Assembly: GCA_963728565.1 (NCBI GenBank)
Contig: CAVSLC010000024.1
Location: 1 to 48,615 of the forward strand
DNA length: 48,615 bases
Direction: 5' to 3'
Origin: an uncultured delta proteobacterium
GTDB lineage: Bacteria; Desulfobacterota; Binatia; UBA9968
Shown here one piece after another: positions 10,617 to 21,749 of this stretch. Positions within the stretch are counted from its first letter, which is position 1; each line of letters begins with the position of its first letter. The notes beneath the pieces were generated by a model, which saw only the letters and a program-made list of their open reading frames with translations, had not been told where the DNA came from and ran no database searches. The translations under genes were made by a program, and so were the position numbers.

Positions 10617-10809
10617 GTGATAGGTGGGTTTCAAGCCTATTTACCATCCCTACGCTAACATTCATCGAATGAAAGTCAACAGTGCCTCGATGTCTTTTTC
10701 GGCACAACAGGTTCGCATTATTGCTCAGGTGCACGTTCAACCGCTTTAGCCAAAGAATTGCTCTTACCTGCACGACGAACACCAAGAGTCGGGGTGGCAG
10801 GAGGACTGT

Positions 10810-10837
10810 TTGACCAGGCCAGGCAAGATGCTAAAGT
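10810..10837 (+). promoter_or_regulatory. Sigma70-type promoter for ribBX (extended -10)
   Basis: TTGACC-16 nt-TAAAGT with an upstream TG; ATG 8 nt downstream. Confidence 0.5.
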
Positions 10838-10845
10838 CAGTCACT

Positions 10846-12024
10846 ATGCCTCTGGCTACTATTGAAGAAGCGATTGATGACATTCGCCGTGGGAAGATGG
10901 TCATCCTTATGGATGACAAAGATCGCGAGAATGAAGGTGACTTGTGCATGGCGGCGGAAAAAGTCACTCCCCAGGCAATAAATTTCATGGCAACTCACGG
11001 CCGGGGACTTATTTGTCTCACCCTAACTGAGGAAAGGGTGAGATTGTTGAATCTTTCCATGATGGTATCGGAAAATACCTCTCCGTTCGGCACCGCCTTT
11101 ACGGTTTCGATCGATTCCGTGCTCGGTATCACCACCGGAATATCGGCGGCTGACCGGGCCAAGACCATCCTTGACGCCATCGAGGACGATGCCAAGCCTC
11201 AAGATCTAGTTACGCCGGGACATATTTTTCCTTTGCGCGCGCGCAACGGTGGCGTTCTGGTACGAGCAGGTCAGACTGAGGGCTCGGTTGATTTGGCGCG
11301 TTTAGCCGGTCTTAAGCCCGCTGGAGTCATCTGCGAAATTATGAAAGATGACGGTACGATGGCGCGCCAACCGGATCTGATGAGGTTCGCGCGCAAGCAC
11401 AAGTTGAAAGTAGTGACCATTGCCGACCTGATCCAATATCGACTTAATTACGATTCCTTAGTTTATCAGGCGGCGAGTGCGCCACTGCCGACGCGCGTGG
11501 GCGGGCAGTTTCAGGCGATCGTTTACAATACTCACGTCGATCAAAGTGAGCACCTCGCCTTGATCAAAGGCCATATTTCTCCGAAAGAAGAAACTTTAGT
11601 GCGAGTTCACACGAAATACGTCCCGGGCGATGTTTTCGGCTTCGAGCTGCTCAACACGGGCAGGGTCATTCAGAGTTCAATGGAAATCATCGCCAGAGAA
11701 GGCAAAGGCGTGATCCTCTATTTGCAACCTGAGCACAAAGGCTTAAGTCCGGCAATGGTTACATACCCCACAGTTCAGGGTAAGCAACAAAAGAATATCA
11801 ATCTATCATTTATCTATCGCGCGGACTTCAAAGAATACGGGATTGGCGCGCAGATACTGCGCGATTTGGGCGTGCGTAAGATGCGGCTACTTACCAATAA
11901 TAAGAAGCACCTGGTCGGGCTCCGCGGATACGGGCTCGAAGTGACATCGCTCATGCCAATACCGCGCGACAACCCGCTGCGGGAAGCCGCCAAGCAAAAA
12001 CGAACCAAAAGTAGGAACGCTTGA
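10846..12024 (+). CDS. ribB: 3,4-dihydroxy-2-butanone-4-phosphate synthase fused to a degenerate GTP cyclohydrolase II domain (RibBX type)
   Basis: [29 protein letters not shown] and CEI motifs. The RibA-like domain reads [13 protein letters not shown] and lacks the zinc-binding cysteines. Confidence 0.9.
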   Translation: MPLATIEEAIDDIRRGKMVILMDDKDRENEGDLCMAAEKVTPQAINFMATHGRGLICLTLTEERVRLLNLSMMVSENTSPFGTAFTVSIDSVLGITTGISAADRAKTILDAIEDDAKPQDLVTPGHIFPLRARNGGVLVRAGQTEGSVDLARLAGLKPAGVICEIMKDDGTMARQPDLMRFARKHKLKVVTIADLIQYRLNYDSLVYQAASAPLPTRVGGQFQAIVYNTHVDQSEHLALIKGHISPKEETLVRVHTKYVPGDVFGFELLNTGRVIQSSMEIIAREGKGVILYLQPEHKGLSPAMVTYPTVQGKQQKNINLSFIYRADFKEYGIGAQILRDLGVRKMRLLTNNKKHLVGLRGYGLEVTSLMPIPRDNPLREAAKQKRTKSRNA

Positions 12025-12152
12025 AGTCCGGGCTCTTGAACGCTTCGCTCAATTATCGGCAAAAAGGAATTGCCTGTCGAACTGCCGGCCGGCGGCTAAT
12101 GGCGCGAAAGAGTTTCAGAATCCCAGCTCACAGCTTTTCTGACGGCGCTACT

Positions 12153-12671
12153 CTATTCAGATTTCTTGAGGTAGTTGGGCAATTCAGCTCGAATTCTCTT
12201 GAGCGCCTCGCCCACATTTGAGAAAACCCGCTCTCGGACCAATTGTCCATCGACCCAATAATCCAGTGCCGGCGCATCGGTGAAATTGATATCCACATAA
12301 CGCTCGCCAACGGGTTCGCCGGTGATGACAACCCGCACAGAATAACCGGCGTCAACGATCAGCCCCCGGGCCCCGGAAGGTAACGGCAGGCCGGTTTTGA
12401 TTTTGGCCAACTTCTCCGGCGGATAGGTTCCGACGTCCATCGAAAAGTAGCCCCATTCTCCAGGCCGAACCGTCAGTTCCTTGAGTAGTCGCGCGTTGAT
12501 ATCGACGAGGTTCTTCGCCGCCTGATCCTGATTGTAACCCCTGAGCAGTTCGTAGGCCCACTTCTCGATAATCCCGGGAACGGGAGCTAGCGGCTTTTCG
12601 CGTTCCTTAACCGGGCCGCGATCGATCCACCATTTGCTTTCTTCAAGGGTCTCGTTCTTTTCGTCGGCCAT
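12153..12671 (-). CDS. Hypothetical protein
   Basis: 172-aa ORF with protein-like composition, co-oriented 27 nt downstream of 12699..13691. Confidence 0.7.
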   Translation of the reverse strand: MADEKNETLEESKWWIDRGPVKEREKPLAPVPGIIEKWAYELLRGYNQDQAAKNLVDINARLLKELTVRPGEWGYFSMDVGTYPPEKLAKIKTGLPLPSGARGLIVDAGYSVRVVITGEPVGERYVDINFTDAPALDYWVDGQLVRERVFSNVGEALKRIRAELPNYLKKSE

Positions 12672-12698
12672 ATAGTCGTCGTTGTTGTTCTGGGCTCG

Positions 12699-13691
12699 CT
12701 AGATTTTAAATTCCTCCAGGGTACTTTTGGCAAAAAGCGAATCAACATCCACAGGCTTGCTGATCAGTCCTTGCTCGTGAGTGTACTGCACAAGCGTCTC
12801 TAGAATACGGCGATTCGCTTCCAAGCCGTACGCCCAGGGATCATCGCCGAGAACCTCGCGCTCTTTTTCCATCTCATCGATGGACCACGCCAGCATATAT
12901 TTGAGTGCGGAGAATTCGTACATGCTTTCCTGGCATAACTTCTTGGATTCGTTGAAAGCCTTGAATAGGCTCTGCGCGATCCAAGGATTTTTTTCGTAAA
13001 CTTCCTCGCGAATCACCACGGTGTGCATGATAGGAAAGATCTTGGTGCGACGGAAGTAGTCTTGCTCGACCTCGCGAAAATTCGGTATCAGCCGCTGCAC
13101 TTTGGGATGACGTCTAACAAACGGCGACGGCATATGTGCTGAGATCATCGCATCGATCTCGCCGGTTGCCAACATGCCTGAAAGTGTATTCCCCGCCGGA
13201 ATCGGTCGTATATCGATATTGGCCGGCAAGTTATGCCTCACCTTATCCTCTCGGCCAGGGTGCTCTTCACCCCCGGTAAACCATTTCATCTTTTCCGGTG
13301 GAACTCCGTATTCATGCTGCAGGATACCCCGCACCCAGGTAGCCATGGTGATCTGATATTCAGGTACCCCAACTTTTTTCCCTGCCATATCGGCTGGTTT
13401 TCTGATGCCGGAATCAGTGTTGATATAGATACAGGAGTGCCGGAAGGTCTTGGACGGAAAGACCGGGATTGCAATCAACTTGGGCGCGCCTTTGTCCCGC
13501 GACATAAGGTAAGAACCGGTCGACATCTCCGCTGCATCGAACTCCCCGTAGCGCAGCATTCGCCAGAAGGTCTCTTCCACTCGCAACGGCAAATAAGTCA
13601 AATCAATGCCTTCGACTTCGACTCTGCCGTCTTGTAGCGCGCGGGTGCGATCGTAGTCCCAACACGCCAGTGTCAAACGGATTTTTCCCAT
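12699..13691 (-). CDS. 4,5-dihydroxyphthalate decarboxylase-like protein (periplasmic-binding-protein fold)
   Basis: LACWDYDRTRAL, EFDAAEMS, IPVFPSKTFRH, VGVPEYQIT, FPIMH, DPWAYG. Confidence 0.8.
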   Translation of the reverse strand: MGKIRLTLACWDYDRTRALQDGRVEVEGIDLTYLPLRVEETFWRMLRYGEFDAAEMSTGSYLMSRDKGAPKLIAIPVFPSKTFRHSCIYINTDSGIRKPADMAGKKVGVPEYQITMATWVRGILQHEYGVPPEKMKWFTGGEEHPGREDKVRHNLPANIDIRPIPAGNTLSGMLATGEIDAMISAHMPSPFVRRHPKVQRLIPNFREVEQDYFRRTKIFPIMHTVVIREEVYEKNPWIAQSLFKAFNESKKLCQESMYEFSALKYMLAWSIDEMEKEREVLGDDPWAYGLEANRRILETLVQYTHEQGLISKPVDVDSLFAKSTLEEFKI

Positions 13692-13736
13692 GCTGTTCTC
13701 CTATTCACTAGATAATGATCGACTTTGCGCGCCGAA

Positions 13737-13934
13737 TTATTTTATTCCGGCAAAGAACTGATTTGCGCCGACCACGAACTGGTCTTTGTCGCCCTGCAGC
13801 ACGACCGCCGCTTCCCCCGAAGCAAGCGTCGTCCGTCGCTGAATTGTATAGGTGTTTCCTCTAAAGATGACTTGCTGCCCGGGACAATACTGCTCTAGTT
13901 TCAAATGATCGTGCTGCGGATCAATCTTTTCCAT
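13737..13934 (-). CDS. Small hypothetical protein
   Basis: 65-aa beta-rich ORF from ATG 13934, co-oriented upstream of 12699..13691. Confidence 0.55.
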   Translation of the reverse strand: MEKIDPQHDHLKLEQYCPGQQVIFRGNTYTIQRRTTLASGEAAVVLQGDKDQFVVGANQFFAGIK

Positions 13935-14000
13935 GGCAGAGTTTTCATAACACATTCACAACTAAAGCGTAAATCGCGGCGCTTTATGACGGGTGTGAAA

Positions 14001-14029
14001 TTGACATCGGCTGGAGCCGAGAATACAGT
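14001..14029 (+). promoter_or_regulatory. Sigma70-type promoter for panE
   Basis: TTGACA-17 nt-TACAGT. Confidence 0.7.
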
Positions 14030-14050
14030 CGAACCTCGCCAGGGACAAAC

Positions 14051-14998
14051 ATGCGAATTGCGGTGATGGGCACAGGAGCGGTGGGCGGATACTTCGGCGC
14101 GAAACTTGCCGCTGCCGGCGATGATGTCGTATTCATTGCCCGGCAAAGACATCTGTCAGGGTTGCGCCGCAACGGATTGCGCGTCGAAAGCGTCAATGGC
14201 GATCTGCACGTGCGAAAGGGGTTGTTCACCGACTCGCCTGCCGATGCCGGCGTGATGGATTTGGTGCTCTTCTGCGTCAAGTCTTACGATACACTTGAAG
14301 CGGCAGCGGCGCTGGCCCCGATGATCAGCAAACAAACGGCAATTCTTTCGCTTCAAAATGGCATCGATAATCCCGACAAGATAGCCGGATTTTGGGGCAC
14401 GGAAAGAACTTTGGCCGGCGTTGTTTATATCGGCGCACAGGTGTCGGCCCCGGGTGTGATCCAGCATTCGTCCGGGGGCAAGATCGTTCTCGGACCGATT
14501 AGCGGTCATCCGGGCGACACCGCTCACAGAGTCGAGCAAACGCTGTCGCGCGCGGCGATCCCATGTGCGATCAGCGCCGCCATCGAGCAAGTTCAGTGGG
14601 CAAAGCTGCTGTGGAATGCGCCGTTCTGCGCCATCTCGTGCTTAACCCGCTGCACTGTTCGTGAGATCGTCGAGTCGGAAGCTCTCACCAATCTCGCCTT
14701 GGACTGCATGAAAGAAGTCCAAGCCGCGGCGCGCACTCGCGGCATCGACCTGAAGACCGAACTATTTGATCAAACATTGGCTTTTTCCAGGGGCTTGGGC
14801 GATTTCAAAACGTCGATGCTGCAGGATCTGGAAGCAGGCAAGCCGCTCGAATACGATGCCCTCAACGGATTTGTCATGCGCTTACTGGAGCGAGCCGGAG
14901 AGCAAGCGCCCATCAACAGGGTGTTTCACGGTACGTTGAGTTTTTTGGATAACAAACTTCGCCAGGAGGCCTCAGGTAACACATGCGACAAGTACTAG
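14051..14998 (+). CDS. panE: 2-dehydropantoate 2-reductase (ketopantoate reductase family)
   Basis: GTGAVGG, VKSYD, LQNG, WAKLLWN, SMLQD, PLEYDALNG. Confidence 0.88.
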   Translation: MRIAVMGTGAVGGYFGAKLAAAGDDVVFIARQRHLSGLRRNGLRVESVNGDLHVRKGLFTDSPADAGVMDLVLFCVKSYDTLEAAAALAPMISKQTAILSLQNGIDNPDKIAGFWGTERTLAGVVYIGAQVSAPGVIQHSSGGKIVLGPISGHPGDTAHRVEQTLSRAAIPCAISAAIEQVQWAKLLWNAPFCAISCLTRCTVREIVESEALTNLALDCMKEVQAAARTRGIDLKTELFDQTLAFSRGLGDFKTSMLQDLEAGKPLEYDALNGFVMRLLERAGEQAPINRVFHGTLSFLDNKLRQEASGNTCDKY

Positions 14999-15891
14999 GG
15001 ATGCGGAGGATGACGCGAGTTCTATTACTCACAGTCGGCGGGTTTTTTATGGCAGCAGCGACGGCCAATGCTCAAGCCAATAAGGATCTCGTTGCCCAAG
15101 GCCAGTACCTCTTCGCCATCGCAGGCGGCTGCGCCTGTCATACTGTGCCAAAAGAAACTTACCACACCGGCGGCCGCGCCTTTCCGGTTCCCTTGGGCAC
15201 CGTGTTCAGCACAAACATCACTCAAGACAAAGAGACCGGATTGGGCGATTGGAGCGACCGGCAAATCCATGACGCTATGAACGCCGGGATCAGGCGCGAC
15301 GGCAGCCGGTTGTTGCCCGTGATGCCCTACGAAGCCTATTCCGGAATGGCTCAGCAAGATCTTAAATCGTTGGTCGCTTACATGAGGACTTTGAGCCCAG
15401 TGAAAAAAGCGACTCCTGATCTGAAGACGTGGGTGCCGTTGGTGCGCAGCGTGGCAGTACCTGTTTATCTCAGAGTCTTTGGTGGTTCATCGAATTCACC
15501 CGCGCAAGCGCCGAAGAGCGGGGTCGAACGCGGCCGTTACCTGGTTAATCACGTGTCGATTTGCGGCGATTGCCACACGCCAAGGAACTCGATTGGCGTT
15601 CCAAACCGTTCGCAATACCTTGCCGGCACCATCGCTAAAAATGGCCCGCTCGGAGAAGAGGTGCCGAACATTACGCCTGACAAAGAAACCGGTATCGGCG
15701 ATTGGAAGCGCGAAGATATCGCCGAGCTACTAATTACGGGGACAAAACCAGACTTCGACAATGTGCAGGGTCTCATGTCCGAGGTCATCCAGGGAACCCC
15801 GCACGGCTATAAAGACATGCGGCGGGAAGACGCCCTGGCTATCGCCGACTATCTAAAGTCGATCCCGCCGATCAAGAACAAGATCAAATAG
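14983..15891 (+). CDS. Dihaem c-type cytochrome (gluconate/aldehyde dehydrogenase cytochrome-like); first haem motif is CxCH
   Basis: Signal peptide, GGCACHT and CGDCHTPR, repeated NITxDKETGxGDW. The true start may be 15001 or 15010. Confidence 0.85.
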   Translation: MRQVLGMRRMTRVLLLTVGGFFMAAATANAQANKDLVAQGQYLFAIAGGCACHTVPKETYHTGGRAFPVPLGTVFSTNITQDKETGLGDWSDRQIHDAMNAGIRRDGSRLLPVMPYEAYSGMAQQDLKSLVAYMRTLSPVKKATPDLKTWVPLVRSVAVPVYLRVFGGSSNSPAQAPKSGVERGRYLVNHVSICGDCHTPRNSIGVPNRSQYLAGTIAKNGPLGEEVPNITPDKETGIGDWKREDIAELLITGTKPDFDNVQGLMSEVIQGTPHGYKDMRREDALAIADYLKSIPPIKNKIK

Positions 15892-15924
15892 CGCCGCGGC
15901 GATTGTTAGCAGGCACATAAATCA

Positions 15925-15941
15925 ACTTCGTTTAACGAAGT
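15925..15941. terminator. Inverted repeat between convergent genes (possible terminator or operator)
   Basis: ACTTCGTT-T-AACGAAGT. Confidence 0.35.
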
Positions 15942-15964
15942 GGTAAGGTGAGTAAGCGTCGACG

Positions 15965-16945
<981 letters not shown>

Positions 16946-16962
16946 CGAACTGCCTTTCTGAT

Positions 16963-18339
16963 CTAGCGGATAAGGTCGCGATACTCGAGTGGCATTCGCT
17001 GTTTCTCCGCCGGAGCCTCAGGCACGTGAGCGGGTAATGGCACATTGCTAACCGGTAGTTTTGGTCGATTTCTATTCTCGGTGCCGTCTTTGCTCGATGT
17101 CGTCATGCCGCTGCTATCAGCGGCAATTTCCTCCGGCAACTGCACGGTCACATACTTAGCCCCTTTGATACCATCCGGGCCTTGCTCGCCCGGTTGACGG
17201 TAACGCTCGGCCGGTGGTCCGTCCTTGGGCATCTCTTCAGATCTGTTCTTACCTGACCTCCCTTCCGAGTTTTGCTTCATTTTACCTGCGGAATCATCGG
17301 TCGTCTTCTGCGGATTGCTGGGGTCCGATTGATTAGCCTTCTGCTCTTTTTGATCGCCTAGATTTTTTTCTTGTCCTTTGCCCTGGGGATCTCCCTGCGC
17401 CGATTTTCCGTCTTTCATCTCCGGGTTTAACTGCGCGGACAGTTCGCCCTCGGAGTCGCCACCACCGCCTTGGCTCGTCTTTCCTTCGCCTTGGCCCTCC
17501 TGTGAAGCATTGCTCTGCACACCGCCACCGTCCTTTTTTTGTTCCTGCTGGCCTCCGCCGGCGGTCTCTTGTTCAAGACTCTTCAACGTACTGCTGGCGT
17601 CACTTAGGAGATTTTGATTATCCTGCTCCTGTTCTCTGTCTTGCTGTCGTTCGATCTGCTCCTGCATCTCGTCAATCAACGATTGCTTTTCCTCTGACGC
17701 AACTTGTAAATTATCAAGCTTATCGGCCAGTGATTGCAGGCCGCGAGCAATTTCCGCCAACGGCGGGCGGTGTGTCATTTGCTCTGCTAAGTCACGAATC
17801 CGCTGCTGCGGCGACACGCCAGATTTCGTGAAGCTGCTGTTTACAAGCAAATGGAACAGGAGGATTACTGCGAGCGAACCGATTGTCGACCAGTAGAAGG
17901 GCCGCTTGAGCTGATAAGGGAAATCGCGTCTTATCTCAACACGACTCAACATTCCCATCGCTTCACGCCGCAGACGAGCCAGCATAGCCTCGGATGAGGG
18001 CGATAATTCTACCGTGGCCAATGTTACGAAACGATCTTTCGCCTCTGCCTTATCATCCACCAGGCGCGCTGCCGCCGGCATTGACAGCACTCGCGGGCGA
18101 ATTCGAAGAATAACCGCGAGCAGTCCGATTACAATCACTGCTAAAGCCAGCAAAAGCAGCGGAAGCGCCGGAATCCATGCCCCCCGATACACGACAGCGA
18201 GCAAATAAAGTAGGGCCAAAACGGGCGGAGAAAAAGTAAGCAGGGAATCCCAAACGACGTGATTGCGCAAATGTCGAACTAGACGATGAACAAAATCCTC
18301 CGGCGATCCATATTCCTGTTTGCCGACATAGCCTTGCAT
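16963..18339 (-). CDS. Membrane protein with a coiled coil and a Gln/Gly-rich low-complexity tail (MoxR-associated)
   Basis: About 3 TM segments, AARLVD..KDRFVT, Q/G/S-rich tail, C-terminal MPLEYRDLI. Confidence 0.75.
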   Translation of the reverse strand: MQGYVGKQEYGSPEDFVHRLVRHLRNHVVWDSLLTFSPPVLALLYLLAVVYRGAWIPALPLLLLALAVIVIGLLAVILRIRPRVLSMPAAARLVDDKAEAKDRFVTLATVELSPSSEAMLARLRREAMGMLSRVEIRRDFPYQLKRPFYWSTIGSLAVILLFHLLVNSSFTKSGVSPQQRIRDLAEQMTHRPPLAEIARGLQSLADKLDNLQVASEEKQSLIDEMQEQIERQQDREQEQDNQNLLSDASSTLKSLEQETAGGGQQEQKKDGGGVQSNASQEGQGEGKTSQGGGGDSEGELSAQLNPEMKDGKSAQGDPQGKGQEKNLGDQKEQKANQSDPSNPQKTTDDSAGKMKQNSEGRSGKNRSEEMPKDGPPAERYRQPGEQGPDGIKGAKYVTVQLPEEIAADSSGMTTSSKDGTENRNRPKLPVSNVPLPAHVPEAPAEKQRMPLEYRDLIR

Positions 18340-18383
18340 AACGCTGGACTATAACATTTCAACGGGATGGCATAAACGCGCGC

Positions 18384-19415
18384 CTAACGGAGCCCAGACG
18401 TTTTGCGATGCGCTGATGTGACCTCCCGAACGGGTTGATGGGTCCGCACCGCCTGATTATGCGACTCCAAGTCTTGTGAAAATATATGCGTGCCGTCGTT
18501 CTTTGAAACAAAGAACAGGTAGGGCACATCAGCTGGTTGCAAAGCCGCTTTGATGGACGCGAGGCTCGGGTTGCAGATCGGCCCGGGTGGCAATGCCGGA
18601 ATCCGGTAGGTGTTGTAAGGATTTTGATCTTTAAGATCTTTGCGGGTTAAATTGCCATCGAATTCTTTCAAACCATAAATCACCGTTGGATCGCTTTGCA
18701 AAGCCATATTCCGTTTGAGCCGATTGTGAAAAACCGCCGAAATCCACGGCCGTTCAGCTTCGACGCCGGTTTCTTTCTCTATGATCGAAGCTAGAGTGAT
18801 GATCTCGTGGCGGTTTAAATTGTGACCGCTACCGAGTTGCGCCCAAATGGGTTCAGACGCTTTACGGAACTGCTCCGCCATGGTTAGGATAATCTCCCTT
18901 TCAGAAGTCATCGGCGTAAATTGATACGTGTTTGGAAATAAGTACCCCTCCAGCCCTTTGTCCTGTAATCCAAGAGTTGCCAATAACTCCGGATCCGCAG
19001 CGGCTGCAAGAAACTTCTCGCGATCAGCGATCTGCATTTTTGCGAGTAGCTCGGCGATTTCCTTGATCGTCAATCCTTCTGGAATGGTCACCATTAAAAA
19101 CACCCGCTTGCCGGTAACCAAGCGATGTAGAACCTCTTGCGGCGCCAAGGAAGGATCGAAACGATAAACACCCCACTGAATCTTTTTATCCGAGCCGGTT
19201 AACCGCGCCCATAATGAGAATAGCTTTTCGTTTGGGATCACTCGCTGCGCGCGCAGTTTGCGGACCACAGCCGAAAAGGGCTCTCCCTGCTCAACTCGCA
19301 GTTCGATTGGCTGAGAATTGTCCGAGGTGGCGCGAAAGATATGCGCTACCAGGAACCCGCCAAACAGCAAGCCAGTAGCGATCAGAGCAAGTACCGTTAG
19401 AAAAACCCACTTCAC
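18384..19415 (-). CDS. mltG: Endolytic transglycosylase MltG
   Basis: TIPEG, LEGYLFPNTY, LASIIEKET, LQSDPTVIY, PYNTY, LPPGPICNP. Confidence 0.95.
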   Translation of the reverse strand: MKWVFLTVLALIATGLLFGGFLVAHIFRATSDNSQPIELRVEQGEPFSAVVRKLRAQRVIPNEKLFSLWARLTGSDKKIQWGVYRFDPSLAPQEVLHRLVTGKRVFLMVTIPEGLTIKEIAELLAKMQIADREKFLAAAADPELLATLGLQDKGLEGYLFPNTYQFTPMTSEREIILTMAEQFRKASEPIWAQLGSGHNLNRHEIITLASIIEKETGVEAERPWISAVFHNRLKRNMALQSDPTVIYGLKEFDGNLTRKDLKDQNPYNTYRIPALPPGPICNPSLASIKAALQPADVPYLFFVSKNDGTHIFSQDLESHNQAVRTHQPVREVTSAHRKTSGLR

Positions 19416-19463
19416 GATTCGATTAAAAAGCTGGCAGGCGGGTCAGGATAGCTGGCGTCGCAA

Positions 19464-20033
19464 TCAATTTTCAGTGAGGTTGACCTTCATCCAACCATCC
19501 ACTTGCCGCAGAAAACCAGCGAAAGGATCCTCTCCCGGTTGGGCGGCAAAATAGGCCTTGCGCGTGTAATCCAGCGCGCCGGAATAATATTCAAATTTGG
19601 TTGAAAGTTCTTGGAACAGAATGAAACCCGTGCGGTAGAGCGATACGTCCAACTCCGAAACAGTCCAATAGGAGCGACTACCTTCTTTGATGTAATAATC
19701 GAGGAAACCGCGGCCTTCCACATACGTACGAAAAATTCCGCTCATGAAAAGAGCGTAATCGCCGACGTATTTCCGGGTTTCTCGCTCGCGTAGAAGTTGG
19801 TTTTCGTTGGCCGTCGCCTCGGGTTCATGCGCCAGCATCTCAACAACACTTTCAATTTTCCGGCCCGCCCGCGAACGGAGGCGATAAAGACTATCGGTAC
19901 GGGCAAAATCGGTCAACACGTCAGCGACGTAGCCGGCGACTGTTGCATCATAGATGCCGAGTTGCCAGAAACTCTGGCGAACCGCATTCAAAAAGAACTC
20001 CCGGAGTTTGTTGTCCGGGCTTTGCTTTTCCAT
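19464..20033 (-). CDS. Conserved hypothetical protein
   Basis: YVADVLTDF, KYVGDYALFMSGIF, DYYIKEGSRSY, FQELS. Likely ATG at 20033 or 20042. Confidence 0.75.
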   Translation of the reverse strand: MEKQSPDNKLREFFLNAVRQSFWQLGIYDATVAGYVADVLTDFARTDSLYRLRSRAGRKIESVVEMLAHEPEATANENQLLRERETRKYVGDYALFMSGIFRTYVEGRGFLDYYIKEGSRSYWTVSELDVSLYRTGFILFQELSTKFEYYSGALDYTRKAYFAAQPGEDPFAGFLRQVDGWMKVNLTEN

Positions 20034-20255
20034 TCTAAGCATTGATGATACCAAACTTACCCAAGCTTGAAAAGAATATCCCAGCGGCCATGGGCCGGCT
20101 TTCACCTACGGCGACACGCCTAACTAACCGATACCGGATACATTGAGCCCGCTTCGGCGGATGGGCAGAAATTGACGAATGGTAAAATTTGCGGTTTGTG
20201 TTTAACTAGATGCCCAGAGTCGCGCATTATGCCATTTTCGAAGGAGGAATTAGCG

Positions 20256-20774
20256 ATGGCGCGGGATTTAAAAGAGGCCTTTTTTCGTCTTGACGGCGCT
20301 TGGGCGTCATTCGAGCTCGGATCGATTCGGCGCCGTGACGATTACCTCAAACCTTTTCGAGTGCTCCGCTGTAAAATCGACGATCAGGTCGACTTCCAAA
20401 GCCCAGGAGCGCCCCAGAGTGCAACCGAGGCTTCCGTTTTGATCGAAGTTTTCGGCGAACAGGAGCTGGTGGCCGCGAGCGGGCGCGGCCCTGTTCATGC
20501 AGTCGACAATGCCATGCGCAAAATCCTTGAAAAACATTTCCCGCAACTCGCCGAAGTCAAGCTCGAGGAGTTCGATGTGCGGCTGCTACCATACGAGCCG
20601 CCGCGCGACGACGATGATAATGGCGCCGGCGCGCTGGTTCGTGTGCTGGGCATCTTTTCCGATGGAGAGGATCGTTGGGGAACCGTCGGTGTCGCAGTCG
20701 ATATCCTCCAGGCAAGCCTTGAGTGCATCATCGACGGTCTGGAATGGAAGCTCAGAGGCGAGCAGAAGCATTGA
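20256..20774 (+). CDS. Standalone LeuA/CimA-type allosteric (dimerisation) domain protein
   Basis: AAGGAGG Shine-Dalgarno then ATG 20256. ASGRGPVHAVDNAMRK, FPQLAEVKL, VRVL...DGEDRWGTVGVAVDILQAS match the citramalate synthase C-terminus. No TIM barrel. Confidence 0.8.
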   Translation: MARDLKEAFFRLDGAWASFELGSIRRRDDYLKPFRVLRCKIDDQVDFQSPGAPQSATEASVLIEVFGEQELVAASGRGPVHAVDNAMRKILEKHFPQLAEVKLEEFDVRLLPYEPPRDDDDNGAGALVRVLGIFSDGEDRWGTVGVAVDILQASLECIIDGLEWKLRGEQKH

Positions 20775-20795
20775 AACTGCGCTAGTGCCGCCGAT

Positions 20796-21662
20796 TTGCC
20801 TGGGCGTGGGTATTTCATGTCGTCGTTGCCACTGAATCTTCTGTTTTTGACAGTGCTCTCAACAACATTGTTCGGCGGTTGCAGGATCGAGGACAGATTC
20901 ATTTTTCATCCTGATCATGTTACGGACCGGGATCCAAGTCATATCGGACTCACATTCGAAAACGTTTTCTTTACAACGCAAGATGGCATCCGGTTACACG
21001 GATGGTTTATCCCGCATCAAGATGCCCGCGCCACTCTTGTCTGGTTTCACGGCAACGCCGGAAATATTAGTGATCGCCTGCTGAATATCAAGCTGCTCCA
21101 CGACAGGATCAACACTAATATCTTTATTTTTGACTATCGCGGCTACGGTCGAAGCGAAGGGAGCGTCTCGGAGAAAGGCACGTACCTTGATGGCGAGGCG
21201 GCAATTGCATATTTGCTGGGGCGCGATGACGCCGCCGCACGAAAGCTAATCCTGTTCGGCCGATCGCTTGGCGCGGCGGTCGCCGCAGAGATGGCCACCC
21301 GATTCCCTACCCTCGGCCTGATCCTGGAAAGCCCGTTCGTTTCAATCCGGGAAATGGCACGGGAGATTTTTCCTTCATTACCGATTGGTTGGCTGCTCCG
21401 GACTCGGTACGACACCCTGGAAAAAGTTCGCCTGGTTAAAACCCCGATATTGGTTTTGCACGGCGACCGTGACGCCACCGTTCCGTTCGCACACGGAAAA
21501 AGAATTTTCGAGGTTGCCTCGCAACCTAAAAGATTTCACCGGATCGTCGGCGCCTCGCACAATGACACTTTTGTTGTTGGCGGCGAAAAGTACTACGAAG
21601 CTTTGCGAGAGTTTATCGAAAGCACGTTTGCAGCAAATGAAAAGATTGATCTGTCGCCTTAG
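20796..21662 (+). CDS. Alpha/beta hydrolase (ABHD13/17-like)
   Basis: FHGNAGN, DYRGYGRSEG, GRSLG nucleophile, HGDRD, SHND. Confidence 0.9.
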   Translation: MPGRGYFMSSLPLNLLFLTVLSTTLFGGCRIEDRFIFHPDHVTDRDPSHIGLTFENVFFTTQDGIRLHGWFIPHQDARATLVWFHGNAGNISDRLLNIKLLHDRINTNIFIFDYRGYGRSEGSVSEKGTYLDGEAAIAYLLGRDDAAARKLILFGRSLGAAVAAEMATRFPTLGLILESPFVSIREMAREIFPSLPIGWLLRTRYDTLEKVRLVKTPILVLHGDRDATVPFAHGKRIFEVASQPKRFHRIVGASHNDTFVVGGEKYYEALREFIESTFAANEKIDLSP

Positions 21663-21749
21663 CGGCGCAAGGTATTCAGCAGTCGAGACCGGCGAGGTGA
21701 ATCACTATGCGCATTCAATAGCGGATCATGAACAGCCGGAGAACAACAT

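Noticed and set aside
12699-13691. Phthalate degradation cluster
   Set aside because: No dioxygenase or dihydrodiol dehydrogenase genes are nearby, so family membership alone does not fix the substrate.
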